This document shows positions 12,311 through 25,800 of a stretch of DNA of 64,000 nucleotides, in pieces. The stretch is from Hemiscyllium ocellatum. Taxonomy: Eukaryota. The translations under genes and the position numbers were made by a program. Numbering within the stretch: the stretch's first letter is position 1; each line of letters opens with the position of its first letter. The DNA lies in the NCBI RefSeq assembly GCF_020745735.1, contig NC_083416.1, forward strand, positions 17,336,400-17,400,399. The letters run 5' to 3'. Under the pieces are notes generated by a model. The model ran no database searches and was not told the origin of the DNA. It was given only the letters and a program-made list of their open reading frames with translations.

Positions 12311-15071
12311 TACAAAAAAATTTGTTGACTTATATTGTCTAGTTCTCTGATTTCCAGATAGTTGCAGACCAGAAAAACAAAACAAGACATGAATTGGGAT
12401 TTCGTAAAAGTCCTGATGCAATGACTCCATAGGAATTAATTGGGGATTCTAATTTCCAGTAAACACTCTCCCATGGAGCCTCTGGTGTCTCTGAGCTCAA
12501 GTGGGAGACTTCAGACCTTTCCAAATTATTCACTTGGAGGTACCGAGCAACTGTTAGACTAGGACTCTTCTGTCTATCTGTTGGATGTCTACATAATTAC
12601 CCTCTTCTAGCTCTACTTTTAATTCCCCCAACAAATGCTTTTAACCCCTCAAATAAATCAGCACTCTACTTCCACCTGACATTCCCAATTCCTCTCCTCA
12701 GCTCTTCAACTGCACCCACCTCAACCTAATTGAACACCTCTTCCCTGCTTGACCCTTTATCTCACCACCAACACCCCAAACCGACCTGAGTTTATCTTAC
12801 CACATCATTCCCCCACCCAACCTGACAATACCCCTTTGTTTATTGAAGAATGTTACTCTGCATAAGGAGAAAACTGCATGTATATTGAATTCATAGAAGA
12901 GCTGTGTTTCAGAATTAAGAATTGCTTTGATAGCCATATTATTATTTTATTCTGTTTACACTTGGTTAAACAAAAATGATATTGACAATCCAAATTCACC
13001 CAAGGAACAGATTCCAAAGTATTCTAAACTTCAATGAATTCTGATGTTAACATGAAAAATAATTGCTCAAGCTCCAGTCATCATAACGACAGTGAAGAAC
13101 AGCCAGAAAGTTCATAAAAAAGCACGAATTAAGTGTTAGGAACTTTTAAAACCTCATGTTGAGTCGTGCTGCCAAATAATGAATCACTGAAATCTCCAGC
13201 TGTTTAAAAAGCCTGGTCAGGTAGCAAGTAACTTTCTTATAAATGAAAAGAGTTGAAGTGAATTGGAGAGTGAAGCACTGAAATGGGCAATTTTCCCATT
13301 ACAAGGTACTAATTTCAAAACTAACTTTCAATGTATTTCTTCTTTATCTCCTAATCCGTTTCTCTTTCTGGATTATCAATTTGGACAGTTATCTTGCTTT
13401 TAACCCTCACTTTATGAACCGTTTTGATAAAAACAAAAAAAGCTGCCATGAAACGTTACAACATATTGGAATCGAACATACCCACAGGGCTTTTACTTTT
13501 ACTCAACAAAGTTGGAAGAGAGACTAGTTAAAAAATAATAGTAGAATTTTGACAACCTTGCACACTGTAGTATGATTTAGTTTGATTCCCAAAGCATAGT
13601 TACTGGCTGAAGGAAATCATCAGTCTTTTTCTGTAATTTGTCTCTGCTTCTTTCCAAACTCCACTTCTTCTTTCGAGTCCTGACCCCTCTCTTTCATATC
13701 TACTTCCAGTATCGAAACAGTTTGGTCTTACAGATCACTGATACATTAAACTATTTATGTCTCATCTTTCTTTTCCATAACAGCATTTTTGGACTCAATG
13801 GGCCAAATAGCCTGCTTCCACACAATCGGCATTCTATGATTCTATGAAAGTAACAGGGCGAAAGACCAATAAATCACCTGGCCTGATGGTAAGAATCCTA
13901 GTATATTAAAGGAAGCCATTACAAAGATAACAGATGCATTGGTTAGTCTACATCCAGGAATTCCTATAATCCTTAGGGCAGATGTGTAATTTATTGCAAG
14001 AAGTAATACAGATAAGGCAGATGAGCTTAGAGCCTAGAGCCTGGATTAGTACATAGAATTATGATGTGGTAGCTTTGTTGAGAGAAAGGTAGGTCAGAAT
14101 TTAAATGATTCGGGTATGACAGAAAGGAATGTAAAAGGGGTGGAGGAGTTGCATTACTAATTAAACAAGAATGTCACAGCTGTGCTAAGAGACAACATCT
14201 TGGCTTATCCCAAATGCAGTGTCTCAACATCCTCCAAAATTTTTCAGTTTGTTTTTTAAACAATGAGATTCTGCAAAAGTCCCAGAGGGTTGGAAAACTG
14301 TTAGTGAAATACCTTCAATTAAAAAGGAAAGGAACCAAACAACAGGCGATTGTAGGCCACTTAAATAACTATCTGTTACTGGGAAAAATGTTAGAGTCTC
14401 TTATAGAGGACGTAACAGCAGAGCATTTAGAAATATATAATATGACCAAACAGCATCAACAATGGAACAAGTGGATATAATATATTTGGACTTTCAGAAG
14501 GCAATTGATAAGGTACCACATATTAGGCTAAATAAAATAAAAGCCCATGGTGCTCGAGATAGTACGGAGAAAGGACTGGCTATCTAGTAGAAAGTAGAGA
14601 GTTGCGACAAAGCAAGCAATTTCACGATCGCAATCAATGGACTGCCACAGGGGTGAATGATGGGGCCACAATTATTTAAAAGGTATATTGATAATTTGGA
14701 TGGGTAATTGAATATACTATAGCCAACTTGACACAAAAAGAGTCTGTAGAGGGATTTAGATAGATTACGTGCAGGCAAAAACTTGGCAGACAAAATAAAA
14801 CGTGGGAAAATATGAGATTATGCACTTCAGCAGGAATAATAGATGAGCTGAATATTATTTAAGAAAAGCAGAAAGCTACAGGACAGGGGGTTTTAAACGT
14901 CCTTGTTCATAAATCATAAAATCTAGGATCCAAGTTCGATGGATAACAGGGAAGGCAAATGAAATGTTGGCCTTCATACTCCATTTTGACTGAGATAAAA
15001 GTATGGGGGTTTTGGTAAGATTATCCAGGCAGATGGAATGTTGTACAGTTTTGGGTCTCTTATCTTCCCTT

Positions 15072-15405
15072 GGTCAGCACAGTGGCTCAGTGGTTAGCAA
15101 TGCTTCTTCACAGGGGCAGGGGTTTGATTCCAGCCTCAGACAACTACCTACATGGAGTTTACACATTCTCCGTGTCCGCGTTGGTTTTATCCGGGTGCTC
15201 CAGTTTCTTCCCACAGTCCAAAGATGTGCAGGTTAGGTGAATTGCCCATAGTGTCCGAGAATGTATAGGCTAAGTGGGTTAGCCATGGGAAATGCAGGTT
15301 TACAGGTATAGGGTAAGGAGATGGGTCTCCGTGGGCTGCTCTTCAAAGGGTTGCTGTGGATTCAATGGGCCAAATGGCCGACTTCTGCACTGTAGAGATT
15401 CAATG
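15072..15405 (+). mobile_element. HE1-type (V-SINE) tRNA-derived SINE
   Basis: Head gcacagtggctcagtggttagc...gtttgattcc; core ggagtttacacattctcc...tcccacagtccaaagatgtgcaggttagg; HER1-like tail. Confidence 0.88.
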
Positions 15406-15473
15406 GTCGAAGGAAAGATATACTGGCGATGAAGCCAGCCCAGAGAAGGTTCACTAGGCTGATACCAAGTATG

Positions 15474-15575
15474 AGCTGAAAATGTGTTGCTGGTTAAAGC
15501 ACAGCAGGTCAGGCAGCATCCAAGGAACAGGAAATTCAACGTTTCGGGCCAGAGCCGTTCATCAGGAAGGGCTCT
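15474..15575 (-). mobile_element. 102-bp mini-PLE insert with exact 14-bp TSD
   Basis: TSD tgataccaagtatg at 15460-15473 and 15576-15589; body is the PLE pLTR sequence with a hammerhead. Confidence 0.9.
15535..15568 (-). ncRNA. Minimal type-I hammerhead ribozyme motif (PLE type)
   Basis: Minus strand TTC-CTGATGA-A-cGGC-TCTG-GCCc-GAAA-CGTT-GAA: intact core, 3-bp stem I, palindromic AACGTT stem III; stem II closing pair mismatched. Confidence 0.65.
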
Positions 15576-16719
15576 TGATACCAAGTATGGGGAGTCTGCT
15601 TTATGAGGACGGGTTGAGGTGGGCTTGTATCCATTGGAATTCAGAAGAATAAGGGACAACTGTATTCAAACATGCACAATTTTTAAGGGATTTGACACTG
15701 TAGGTTGCTTCCCCTTGTGGAAGGGTTGAGGACTAGAGGGCAGAATTTCACAATAATAGGTCACACATTTAAGAGAGATGATGAGGAGTGAATCTATAGA
15801 ATGCCAACCTTGACATTCCGTGAGTCTGAATAAGTATATCATATGGGTGAACAATTTATGACAATATGTTCCAATTCTATGATGTGAAAGACCACGACTT
15901 GACTGTTTTCCATCTTCGTGCAAAACCTTTTCAATGTCATCCAATTGGGTGGAATGTCTCTCATCTGATTCCATTTTTACCTATCTTATCAAAGCCAGAG
16001 AATCATATGTAACGGTTGCTCTTCCACATTGTTATCTCTGGGGTCACCTAAGAAACTATCCTTAAACATCTCCAAGTTCTCATCAAAGTGGTATCCCTTT
16101 GTGACATTGTCTCAGGCAGGCAGTATTACTTTTCACATGTATACTAAAAGCCAGAACACAGACTAGACTGATGCCTGGAATGAGCAGTTTGCCTTATGAG
16201 GAAATGCTAGATGGTCAAGACTCTATTCTCTTGAGTTTAGAAGAGTCAGAGATGAACTAATTGAAAAATACAAGATCCTGAGGGGAGTTGACTTGGTGGC
16301 TGTTGAAAGTACGTTTTCTCTTGTTGGAAAATCTAGAACTAGTGGCTATAGTGCGAAAATAAAGAGTTGCCCATGAGGAGACAGAGATGAGGAAACAGTC
16401 ATTTTTTCTCAAGACGGTTGAGTGTTAGAAATTATCTTCCTCAGAAGGTAATAAATGCAGAGGCTTTCAATATTTTTAAGGCAGATAAATTCTTGATTAC
16501 TAAGGGGACTAAAGATTATCAGGGACATGCTGAAATGTGGAGCTGAGATTAAAACCAGATCAGTCATGATCTTATTTAATGGCAGAGCAGTGGCCTACTC
16601 CTGTTCTTTGTTTATAAGTTCATTCCCTCTCTATTAATTCCATCCATCTTCTGGCAAGAAATGGAGATTAATCTTTGTTGCAGTTTCGGATCTTGAGAAA
16701 AGGTTCTGATGTCATACTT

Positions 16720-17215
16720 GCACCATCATTAGCATCACCTGACCTGGCCCCATCTCAACTCATCCAAGGCTGAAACGCTCATTCATGCCTGTTTTATATC
16801 TAGATTTGACTATTCCAATGTGCCCTGGTTAGTCTCCTACATTTCATCATTGAAGACCATCCACAACTCTGCTGTCTATGTCTGAACACACAGCAAGATC
16901 AGTTTCCATTTTACCCAAGAAATCAAAGCATATGGGGGAAAAGAAAGAATACCCTATTGAACTGGATAAATAGCCATGAGCATGGCACAGTCGGCTCAAT
17001 AGGTTGAATAGCCTATTCCTGCTCCTGTTTTCTATGTTTATCCCTATGCTGTCTGGCCCACAGATGAAACAAGGTCACAATTTTATAATTTTTTTTGCAA
17101 ATATCTGCAGGGTGCCATCCCTTCTCCATTTCCATCACTGCTTAAACGGCAACAACTCTCCAAGATATCTGCACACAAGTAATTATAGCCCCTTTCGTAT
17201 TCCCAGTTAAAATTG
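16720..17215 (+). mobile_element. L2-clade LINE 3' fragment (continues near 18080-18240)
   Basis: gctgaaacgctcattcatgcc...tctagatttgactattccaat (AETLIHA..SRFDYSN), an L2 C-terminal motif. Confidence 0.65.
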
Positions 17216-17224
17216 CTCTAACAG

Positions 17225-18065
17225 AGGTGGACCAGTGGTGTGCCTCAGAGGTTGGTGCTAGGACCTTCGTTATTTCTTAATTATATAAATGACCTGGATG
17301 CGAAGGTACAAGGCATGTTTAGAAAGTTTGCGGATGATACAAAATTAGGAGGTATCATTTAATAGCGAGGGAGGTTATCAAAAATTGCAGAGGGATCTTG
17401 ATCAGATTGGGAAGTGGGCTGAGGATTGGCAAATGCAATTCAATACAGGTAAATGTCAGAGGTTATTTTGGAAAGTCAAACCAAGGTCGGATTTATACAG
17501 TAAATTGTAATGTCCTGAGGAGTGTTGTAGAACAGAGGAACACAGGAGAACAAGTACATAGTTCTTTGAAAGTGGCACCATGGAGAGACAGAGTGGTGAA
17601 GACGACATTTAGCATGCTGGCCTTCATCGGTTAAGACATTGAGTAGTTGGGAACGTTATGTTACAGTTGTATAAGTCATTGGTGAGGCTACACTTGGAGT
17701 ATTATATACAGTTTTGGTCATATGGGGCACAGACAGAATGCATGCATATTGCTTTTTTTCCCAGGGATAGGGAATTGAAAGTGGAGGGCATGGGTTTGAG
17801 CTGAAAGGGGAAAGCTTTAAGAAGGACCTGAGGGGCAACTCCTCCACACAGAGACTGGTGCATACATAGAATAAGCTGCTAGAGAAAGTGGTTGGGGCAG
17901 GTAATACAGCAACATTTAAAAAAAAATTTGGACAGGTATGTGGATAGGAAGGGTTTAGAGGGATATGGACCAAGTGCAAGCAACTGGAAGTAGCTGAGTG
18001 GGCATTATGGTTAGCATGGACCAGTTTGGGCTGCAGAGCTTGTTACTATGCTGTATTATTGTATG
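17225..18065 (+). mobile_element. HER1-type CR1 LINE 3' part
   Basis: agtggtgtgcctcag, aagtttgcggatgatacaaaa (KFADDTK), tail aagggtttagagggatatggacc. Confidence 0.85.
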
Positions 18066-19799
18066 ACTGGTGATTGTGCCTCCAGTTGGTCAGGCTGCAA
18101 TCTTAGGAATTCCCTCTCAATACAACTCCTTTAAGATTTTCTTTAAACATATCAATCTGCTCAATTTAATGTCTCCTTATGGGGCTCAATGCTATACCTT
18201 GTTGTAAAATGCTCTTGTAAAGTACTTTGGCTTGTTGATTCTGCTGTAGTCCTTGGGCTGTAGGTCACCCCATAGTGCTGTTGGAATGGAGTTCCAGGAT
18301 TTTGACCTGGTCATAAAGTTCCAAATCTTGGAGGAGTACTTGTAGTTTGCAAATCTGAATAAGTTCTTTCAAAAAGAAATCTAGTCATTTCTACCACCAC
18401 TCTTCTCTCTACCCCAATCCATTATTTCACGACTTTCCCAAAATAATTATCAAATTTCCTCCTTCACCACAATATCAAGAAGAGAGTGCATTCTAAATCC
18501 TAATCACTGTTTTCTCTCTTGAATTCTCTTGTTCTTTTGTTATTCAATTTAAATCTGGACCATCTGACAATTTATCCTTCAGCCATTGGAAACAGTTTCT
18601 ATTTATTCTATCCAAGCCATTTATAATTTTATGCAGCTGCATCAAATACCCTCAAGCATTTTGGCTCTTAGCACAGCAACCACAGCGTCTTTGTAATCCC
18701 TCATCCTCGGAGTTGTCCTCTTAAAGCTCTTCTGAACCCACTATAAGACCTCATAACTATTTGGTGCCCAGAATTGGAAACAACAGTCATAGTTGAGTCA
18801 AGTTGTTTTTAATGTAGATTCAGAAAAACATTTTGGTTTTTGTACTCCATGTCTCTATTTATGAATCTCAGGTTTCAGTGTGATACAATTTACAACCATT
18901 AGGGTAGACGGCCAATAATGCCCTCATCCTGTGAAGGATTTTTTTAAAATCAGGGCTATTGAGGGACTCACACAGAAGCAGAATTTGAAGAAAATAAGTA
19001 TCCTCAGTTACGAACACTCTATTAAACTTAAAGCATAACACATAAGAGAAGTATTAATTTCTTAGACACTGCAGTGACACGGTGGCTCAGTAGTCAGCTT
19101 AGTCATCCAACTTATCATTTAATATTTAGCATCCATAATATTTATCTGCAAATTGTAGTTTTTGATCTTAGGTAGCATTAAACTAGAGACTCTAAATTCA
19201 TTTTCAAGGAATTCATTAACTCACTAATTTTAAGCATTCTGGCTCTAAGATATTTGACTATTTCATTGTTGATGGTTGAAAACTGTCCTCTGTCCTTCTC
19301 AATATCTTTCACCCCACTCCTTTCCAGTCTGCTTCTTCTCCCTTCTTCTCACAACCTGAGACACTTCTTCTCCTCCTTCCTTGCAGAATCCTTTCCCCAT
19401 CAATTCTTTACAGCCTGCTCCTCTGTCTAGCAACACTTCTTGACTTTCCCCAAAGCCCAACCTTTTGCAGCATGTTCTTTTCTCTCATGCCCCAACACCT
19501 TTCAGCCTAAATCTATCCTCCTTCATCTACATACACACTTGCAGCCCCTTCCTTGGTTCTGCCACCTATCCCGGGTGAAATCAGCCATGAGGTTCAAACC
19601 ACCCTCCGTGCCACAATCCCAGCTAATAGCAATTCCTGAGCGTAGCTAACAATGATATCAGAATCCCAGACTCAGCCATCAGAAAATGTCAATCCCCAGG
19701 CCCAAACCCAAACCAACCTTGTTCTGTTTGGTTATCACTTGAAAGTGGGTGTGATGCAGCCTTGAAGGCATAAGCCATGGTGCTGAATCCCAGTGCCAT

Positions 19800-20620
19800 A
19801 TCCCTCCTATGCCCTACCCATATGGGTCAATACTCAGACCTTTTCTTTATGTAGTCTATGTCAATGATGTAGATTCAAGTGGATGGGTGGGTGGGGGTGG
19901 TGATAAAGCAACTTGCAAATTATACCAGAACTAGAACATAGAATTCCATCCAGAGACGTGACATTTTGGGAGATTCAATAATGTCAGAAAGATGCAATCA
20001 ATGGAAGGATGCAGAAGGAACAGAGGATTTTGAGGGTGTTGGCACAAATCCTTAGAAGTAACAGAATATATGAATAATGTGGTTCAAAAGGCATGTGACA
20101 TGTTTTCCTTTATTAGCCAAGGCAAAGAAATAACACAAGTTAGACCACAGCTTAAGTACTGCACACAATTCTCATTATCACATTACAGGGAAGATTTGAT
20201 TGCACTGGAGAGGCTGCAGAGAAGATTTACGAGGATGTAGCCAGGACTGGAAAAAAAACGGCAATGGGAAAAATTAGATTCTATTTCAAAGTTCTATTTC
20301 TCAGAACAGAGGAGGCCAAGGGGTAATTTAGTTGAGCTATGCAAAATTACAAGAGGCCTAGATAGCATAAAAAAAGTAAAGATATATTTATTTTAGCAAA
20401 GCAGTCAAAATCCATGAGCATAGGCTTAAAAGTAATTGCTGAAAGGTTTAGAAGGGAGATGAAGAAGAAAAGTTATTTTACACAAAGTGTTAGAAACCTG
20501 GAACTCACCATTTGAAAGGGTGATGAACACAGAACCTCTTATCAAATTTCAAAAATATGGCTGGGTAGCACTGCATCAACCATGACTGGCCAAATGACAT
20601 CCATTTGTGTCATAAATTTA
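19800..20620 (+). mobile_element. Old CR1 LINE 3' part
   Basis: gcactggagaggctgcagagaagatttacgaggatg (ALERLQRRFTRM) and downstream CR1 C-terminal blocks. Confidence 0.7.
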
Positions 20621-22804
20621 CCACTCTCTCTAGATCTGCATTTTCCAAACAGATAGGCATCTGAGAGTCCAAGGACTATAATTATTGTCCCTCAAACAAA
20701 ATCATTTTCTGTTGCAAACACAATCGTTCATAAATAAGGATATTCACCTGAAAATAGCTAAAACGGAACGGTGACATTAAGCTATTTATTTACAGTATGC
20801 CTTTTCTTCAGTATGTATAACTAACCTCTTAATTTAACCACGGCAACTTACTTTGCTGTATTTATATTGGAAAAGTAAAGTTCGATGATTTTTTAAATTC
20901 CCAAGATCAGAATTTTTGCCAGTTAAATCATTTATTTTATGAAATTCATTGGATGGATATTAATTTTTTTTGTAGCACCATGCTTTCAGATCTGAATACA
21001 AATGCTTACCATTGGAGAAAATTAATTTTTAATATTTTGCACTGAATCATTAAAGCAAAAATCTGCTTGATATTAATTTATCTTTAAATGATTCAGTGAC
21101 TTGCTATTAAATATTAATTTCATTTCAAATTCATAGAACCTATTTAAAAACAAATAACATTAATTTCAAAAAGCTGAAATAAAAAGTTACATCCACATAA
21201 AAACATAAAGGGACATCAATCTCAGTATGATATTGTCAAATAATTTAACCTGTAGAGTCCAGCCAGGTTCAGCCATCTCTGTCCCTTGGGCTGATTAGAT
21301 TTGCACATTCTTAGATCACACACCAGTACAGAATATAACAAAACAACTCAAACAACAAAGGATATTCATGTACAAAAATACACAAATTCTTAAACAGACT
21401 TTCAAATATATAACCTGTTTTAGACCATTTCCTATTCTTCCCAAAAGATCACTCATCCTGCTTCTCATTTGGTTTCCAAAAATATGCTTGTTTCTAAGTT
21501 ATTTTGTTCTAATTTCTCCTTTATTTCTTTTCATTTTAAATTATTCTTTTACTTTTCTACTTAATGCTCAAATAGTGAAAAACATCAACTTTTACCACAA
21601 GTGACTCATAACAGCAGCAGATACGAAAGCCCAAAAACTGACAAGATAAACTATCAGGGGAGGCAACTTTTAGTCAGGTAACTCAGAGGTCCAGATTTCC
21701 CTACACATTGTGGAATTTTAAATCCACAACATGCCTCCCTTTATCCAAATGGTTCCCACCTTGAAACTAGCCTGATTGACATTCCAGATGAGATTACATC
21801 TATAACAGCAGATAGAGTGGATGCATGAGAAGGAGGTAAATTGAGATTGTGAAGAGATTCCATATTGGAATTCTGAGAAAAAATAAACCTGCAGTGGTTT
21901 GGAGTTTGTTCCCATTCCAATGGATGTGGGGAGGAAGCAGATCTGATCCATGAAGGGTCTCAAATAATGGGGCCCTTGGGTTAAGTGAGGATCCTATTAT
22001 TTAAGACCCTTTATATCCTATGAGACCCTTTTATAGTGCAGGCTCTGAGCCACTCCAGGTGCCCAAGCATATACCAAGTAACATGCCAGCACATTGACTT
22101 CTGGTTTCAGAAGATGCTGTCACGCATGCATGTCACAGACTGCACAGAAGAAAAACAATTGGAGGAACATGGAGTAGGAATTGGAGTACCGAAAATAGTG
22201 CAGATTTGTGGGTTTTGGGAAAGCACACCTATTTTTTCAGGTTTACAAACAGTGTTTTCCTTGCCTTTCTTAAGTTGTCAGGGCAAATCCCGAACAGGTT
22301 ACATGTGAACTGAAAAACTGTCATCGGTTTGGTGCATTAGCTACAGCTCTAAAATTAAAATATAAAACATAAATTTAAGTATGCAGCAGTTCCTGATCTA
22401 AAACCTTGCAATAGCCTACAGTTAGATTCGAGGGCGAACAAATGGCATCTTCCTATACTTCCTATGTTCAGATCAAGGCATTCCAAACTGTCTGCTCTCC
22501 AAACAGATTGCCACAGCCTTGAACATTATTCAACTTTACCAACATATTACCTCCTTACATTCTGATTTGTTTGGTTCTACGGTTCATCCCAGAAGATATT
22601 TCCAAAACAAGCAGCTTCAAGCACACTACACATTTTTACAGTAACTTCTCATCTAACCAGTTTTCATGTGCTGGTTCAAAGTTAATTGTTTTTCTTGCCA
22701 AACTATTTTTCAACATATACCTGGTCGCACCAAAACTCAGAATCCTTCAGGCTTCCTCTGGCATCAGATTTTGAAAACTAGTTTCTGCATTTTTCTGATA
22801 TTAG

Positions 22805-25800
22805 GAGACAAAGGGAACTGCTGATGTCAGAGAAATCAGAGTTGATAAAGCATGGCACTGGAAAAGGGGCCACAGCAGATCAGGCAGCATCCGAGCAGGA
22901 AGGGAATTGACGTTTCAGGCAGGACCCTTCAGTCAGGACCGTTCTTCAGGACTTTGCGGGGGGGGGGGGTTAGGGGGTTGAGAGATAAATGGGAGTATAG
23001 TGGGTGGGTTGGGTTAAGGGAAGGGTAGGCAACAGGTGGGTGAAGCTGGGAGGTGATAGTGATGGTTGGTGGGTTGAGTGGAGCAGATAGGTAGGAAGAT
23101 GGACAGGTAGGTCAGGTCAAGGGCATGGAACTGAGTCAGAGGGTCGATCTAGGATGGGGTGGGAGAGTGCGGAGATTTGGAAACTAGTGGATTCAATGTA
23201 TATGCCATGTGGTTGTCGGCTCCTGAGACAGAAAATGAAGTGTGTGGATGGCCTTGTGAAGGCGGTGGAGGATGCCCAGACTGGATAAGCCCTTAGGAGA
23301 GTGGAAGGGGGAGTTGAAGTGGATGGCCATGGGAAGGTGAGGTTGGTTGGTGTGTATGAACCAGAGATGATCCCTGAACCGTTCCAAGAGTTGCACTTGG
23401 TACCTCTGAGGTAGAGGAGACTACATTGAGAGCACCGGATACAGTAGATGAGTTTGGAGGACGTACAAGTAAAGCTCTGCCGGATTTGAAATGGTCCTTG
23501 GGGGCCTAGGATGGAGGCGAGAGTCGCTGTCTGGGTGCAAGTTTTGCACCTCTTAGGGCAGCAGGAGAAGGTGCCAGGAGTAGAGAAAAATTTTGTGGGC
23601 AATTTGCATCTAACAAGAGAGGGAATGGTCCCCATGAAATGCAGATAAGGGTGGATAGGAAAGATATTTTTGGTGTTTGGGTTTGACAATAGGTGGCGAA
23701 AGTGGCAGAGGATGACACACCGGATTTGGAGATTGGTGGGGGGAACATTAGATTATACCTTCGTTGGGGGTGGGGGTTGGGGTTCAAGAGCAGATATGTG
23801 GGAAATGGAGGAGACGTGATTGAGGGCACCATTGATCACTGGGGAGGTAAAATTATGGTCATTGAAGTAGGCAAACATCTGGGATGACCTGGAGTAGAAT
23901 TGCTCATCCTGAGAGCAGATATAGCGAAGGCAGAGGAATTGGGAGCAGGGGATCACGATTTTACAGGTGCGACGGGTGGGAGGAGATGTAGTCAAGGTAG
24001 GTGTGGCTGTCAGTGAGTTTGTAGTGGATGTTGAAGTGTAGTCAGTCACCAGAGATGGAGACGGAGAGGTCCACGAAGGAGAGGGAGGTGTCGGAGATGT
24101 ACCAGGTGAATATGATGACTGTGTGGAAGGAGCTGGTGTGGTGAATGAACAGTTCAAGTTCCCAGTGGAAGCACAAGGCAGCACCGATACAGTCATTGAT
24201 GTAGCAGAGGAAAAGGTGGGGGATGACGCCAGTATAGCTGTGGAAGTGGGCCTATTCCAAGCATCCTACGAAGGCGCAAGCATAGCTGCGTCGCATGCAG
24301 GTACCCATAGCCACCCCTCAGGTTTGTAGGAAGTGGAAGGACTGAAAGGAGAAGTTGTTGTGGGTAAGGACCAGTTCTGCCAATTGAATGAGGATGTCAG
24401 TAGAGGGGGACTAGGTGATTCAGCAGGAAAGGAAGAAATGGAAAGATTTAAGGCCTTGCTTATGGGGGACGCAAGTATAGAGGGACTGATGTCCATGGTG
24501 GAAGGGGCCAGGGAATTCGAAGTCATGGAACAGGTGAAAAGCATGGGTGGGTGGAGTCTCGAATGTATGAAGGGAGTTCCTGGACCAAGGAGTCAGGATG
24601 GAGTTAAGACAAGTGAAGATATGTCCAGAGGGGCAAGAGCAGGCGGAGACAATCAGTCAACCAGCGCAGTTGGGTTTGTGGATTTTTGGCAAGAGATAGA
24701 ACTGAGCAGAGTACGGTTGGGGAACTATGAGGTTGGAGGCTGAGGGTGGGAGATCACCTGAGGTGATGAGATTTCTGGATGGTCCTAGAGATGATAGTTT
24801 GGTAATGGGAGGTACTGTCACAGCCAAGGAGGCAGTAGCAGGTGTTGGCGTTGGCATCTGGCTTCAGCAGTTTAGAGGTCAGTGCATCATACTACCACCA
24901 TGCCGTACTCGTTGACTGGTTTGATGGTGAGGTTGGGGTTAGAGTGAAGAGAGTGGAGAGCTGCACATTGTGAAGGTGAGAGAGGTGGACAGGTTGAGGT
25001 AGTAATTGTCACGATGGCAATTGGAAATGAAGAGGTTGAGGGAGAGTAAGAGGCCAGCATGAGGTGTACAGGAGGATGGAGTAGTTTGGAGGTGGGAGAA
25101 GGGATCCTTGGAGGTTGGGTGGGGGTCACGATTGCAAACCTAGGCCCGGAGGCATAGGCAACAGAAAAAGAGTTCAATATTGTGGCATGTATGGAATTCA
25201 TTGACATGGGGACAGAGCAGAATGAAGGCAAAACTGTTGTTGAGGACTGACCGTTCTCAGAGAAGGAATGGTCTGGTTGAATAGTAAAAAGCTGGCAGGG
25301 CTTGGGGGTGAGGCCTGGTATGGGGCTGGAGTTGGGAGTGGCAGTGGAAACTGTCTCTAGACTGGAAGAGGGAGGGGTCATGTGACCAATGGTGATGTTG
25401 GCTGTCACGTGACCAGCAGCCCTGGAGATAGCATGGTTGACAGCGTTTGCAGTGGCCGAAGTGAGGCAGTGTGGTCAACGTCAGCTGTGGCAGTCGCTGG
25501 AGTTGCCTGGTCAGTGGTGGCTACGGGTCGGCGTGCGCTGTGGCGGTTGCTGGAGTGGTGTGGTCGGTATGTGCTGTGGCGGTCGCTGGAGCGGTGTGGT
25601 CAGTGTGTGCTGTGGCCATCACTGGAGTGACGTAGTCGACAGTGGCTGTGGAGGCAGCATGTGCTGTGGCAGTCGCTGGAGCAGCCTATCAGCATGAACT
25701 ATGGCGGTCGTTGGAGCAGCCTGGTCAGCGTGAACTGTGACGATCGTTGGAGCGTCCTGATCGGTGTGAACTGTGGCAATCGTTGGAGCAGACTGGTCGG

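Larger units (their letters stand above)
13850..16620 (+). mobile_element. Fragmented CR1 LINE(s) hosting HE1 and mini-PLE insertions
   Basis: LDFQKAIDKVPH (ggactttcagaaggcaattgataaggtacca), GKMLESLIEDVTAEHLE, 3' tail gatcagtcatgatcttatttaatggcagagca. Confidence 0.7.
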
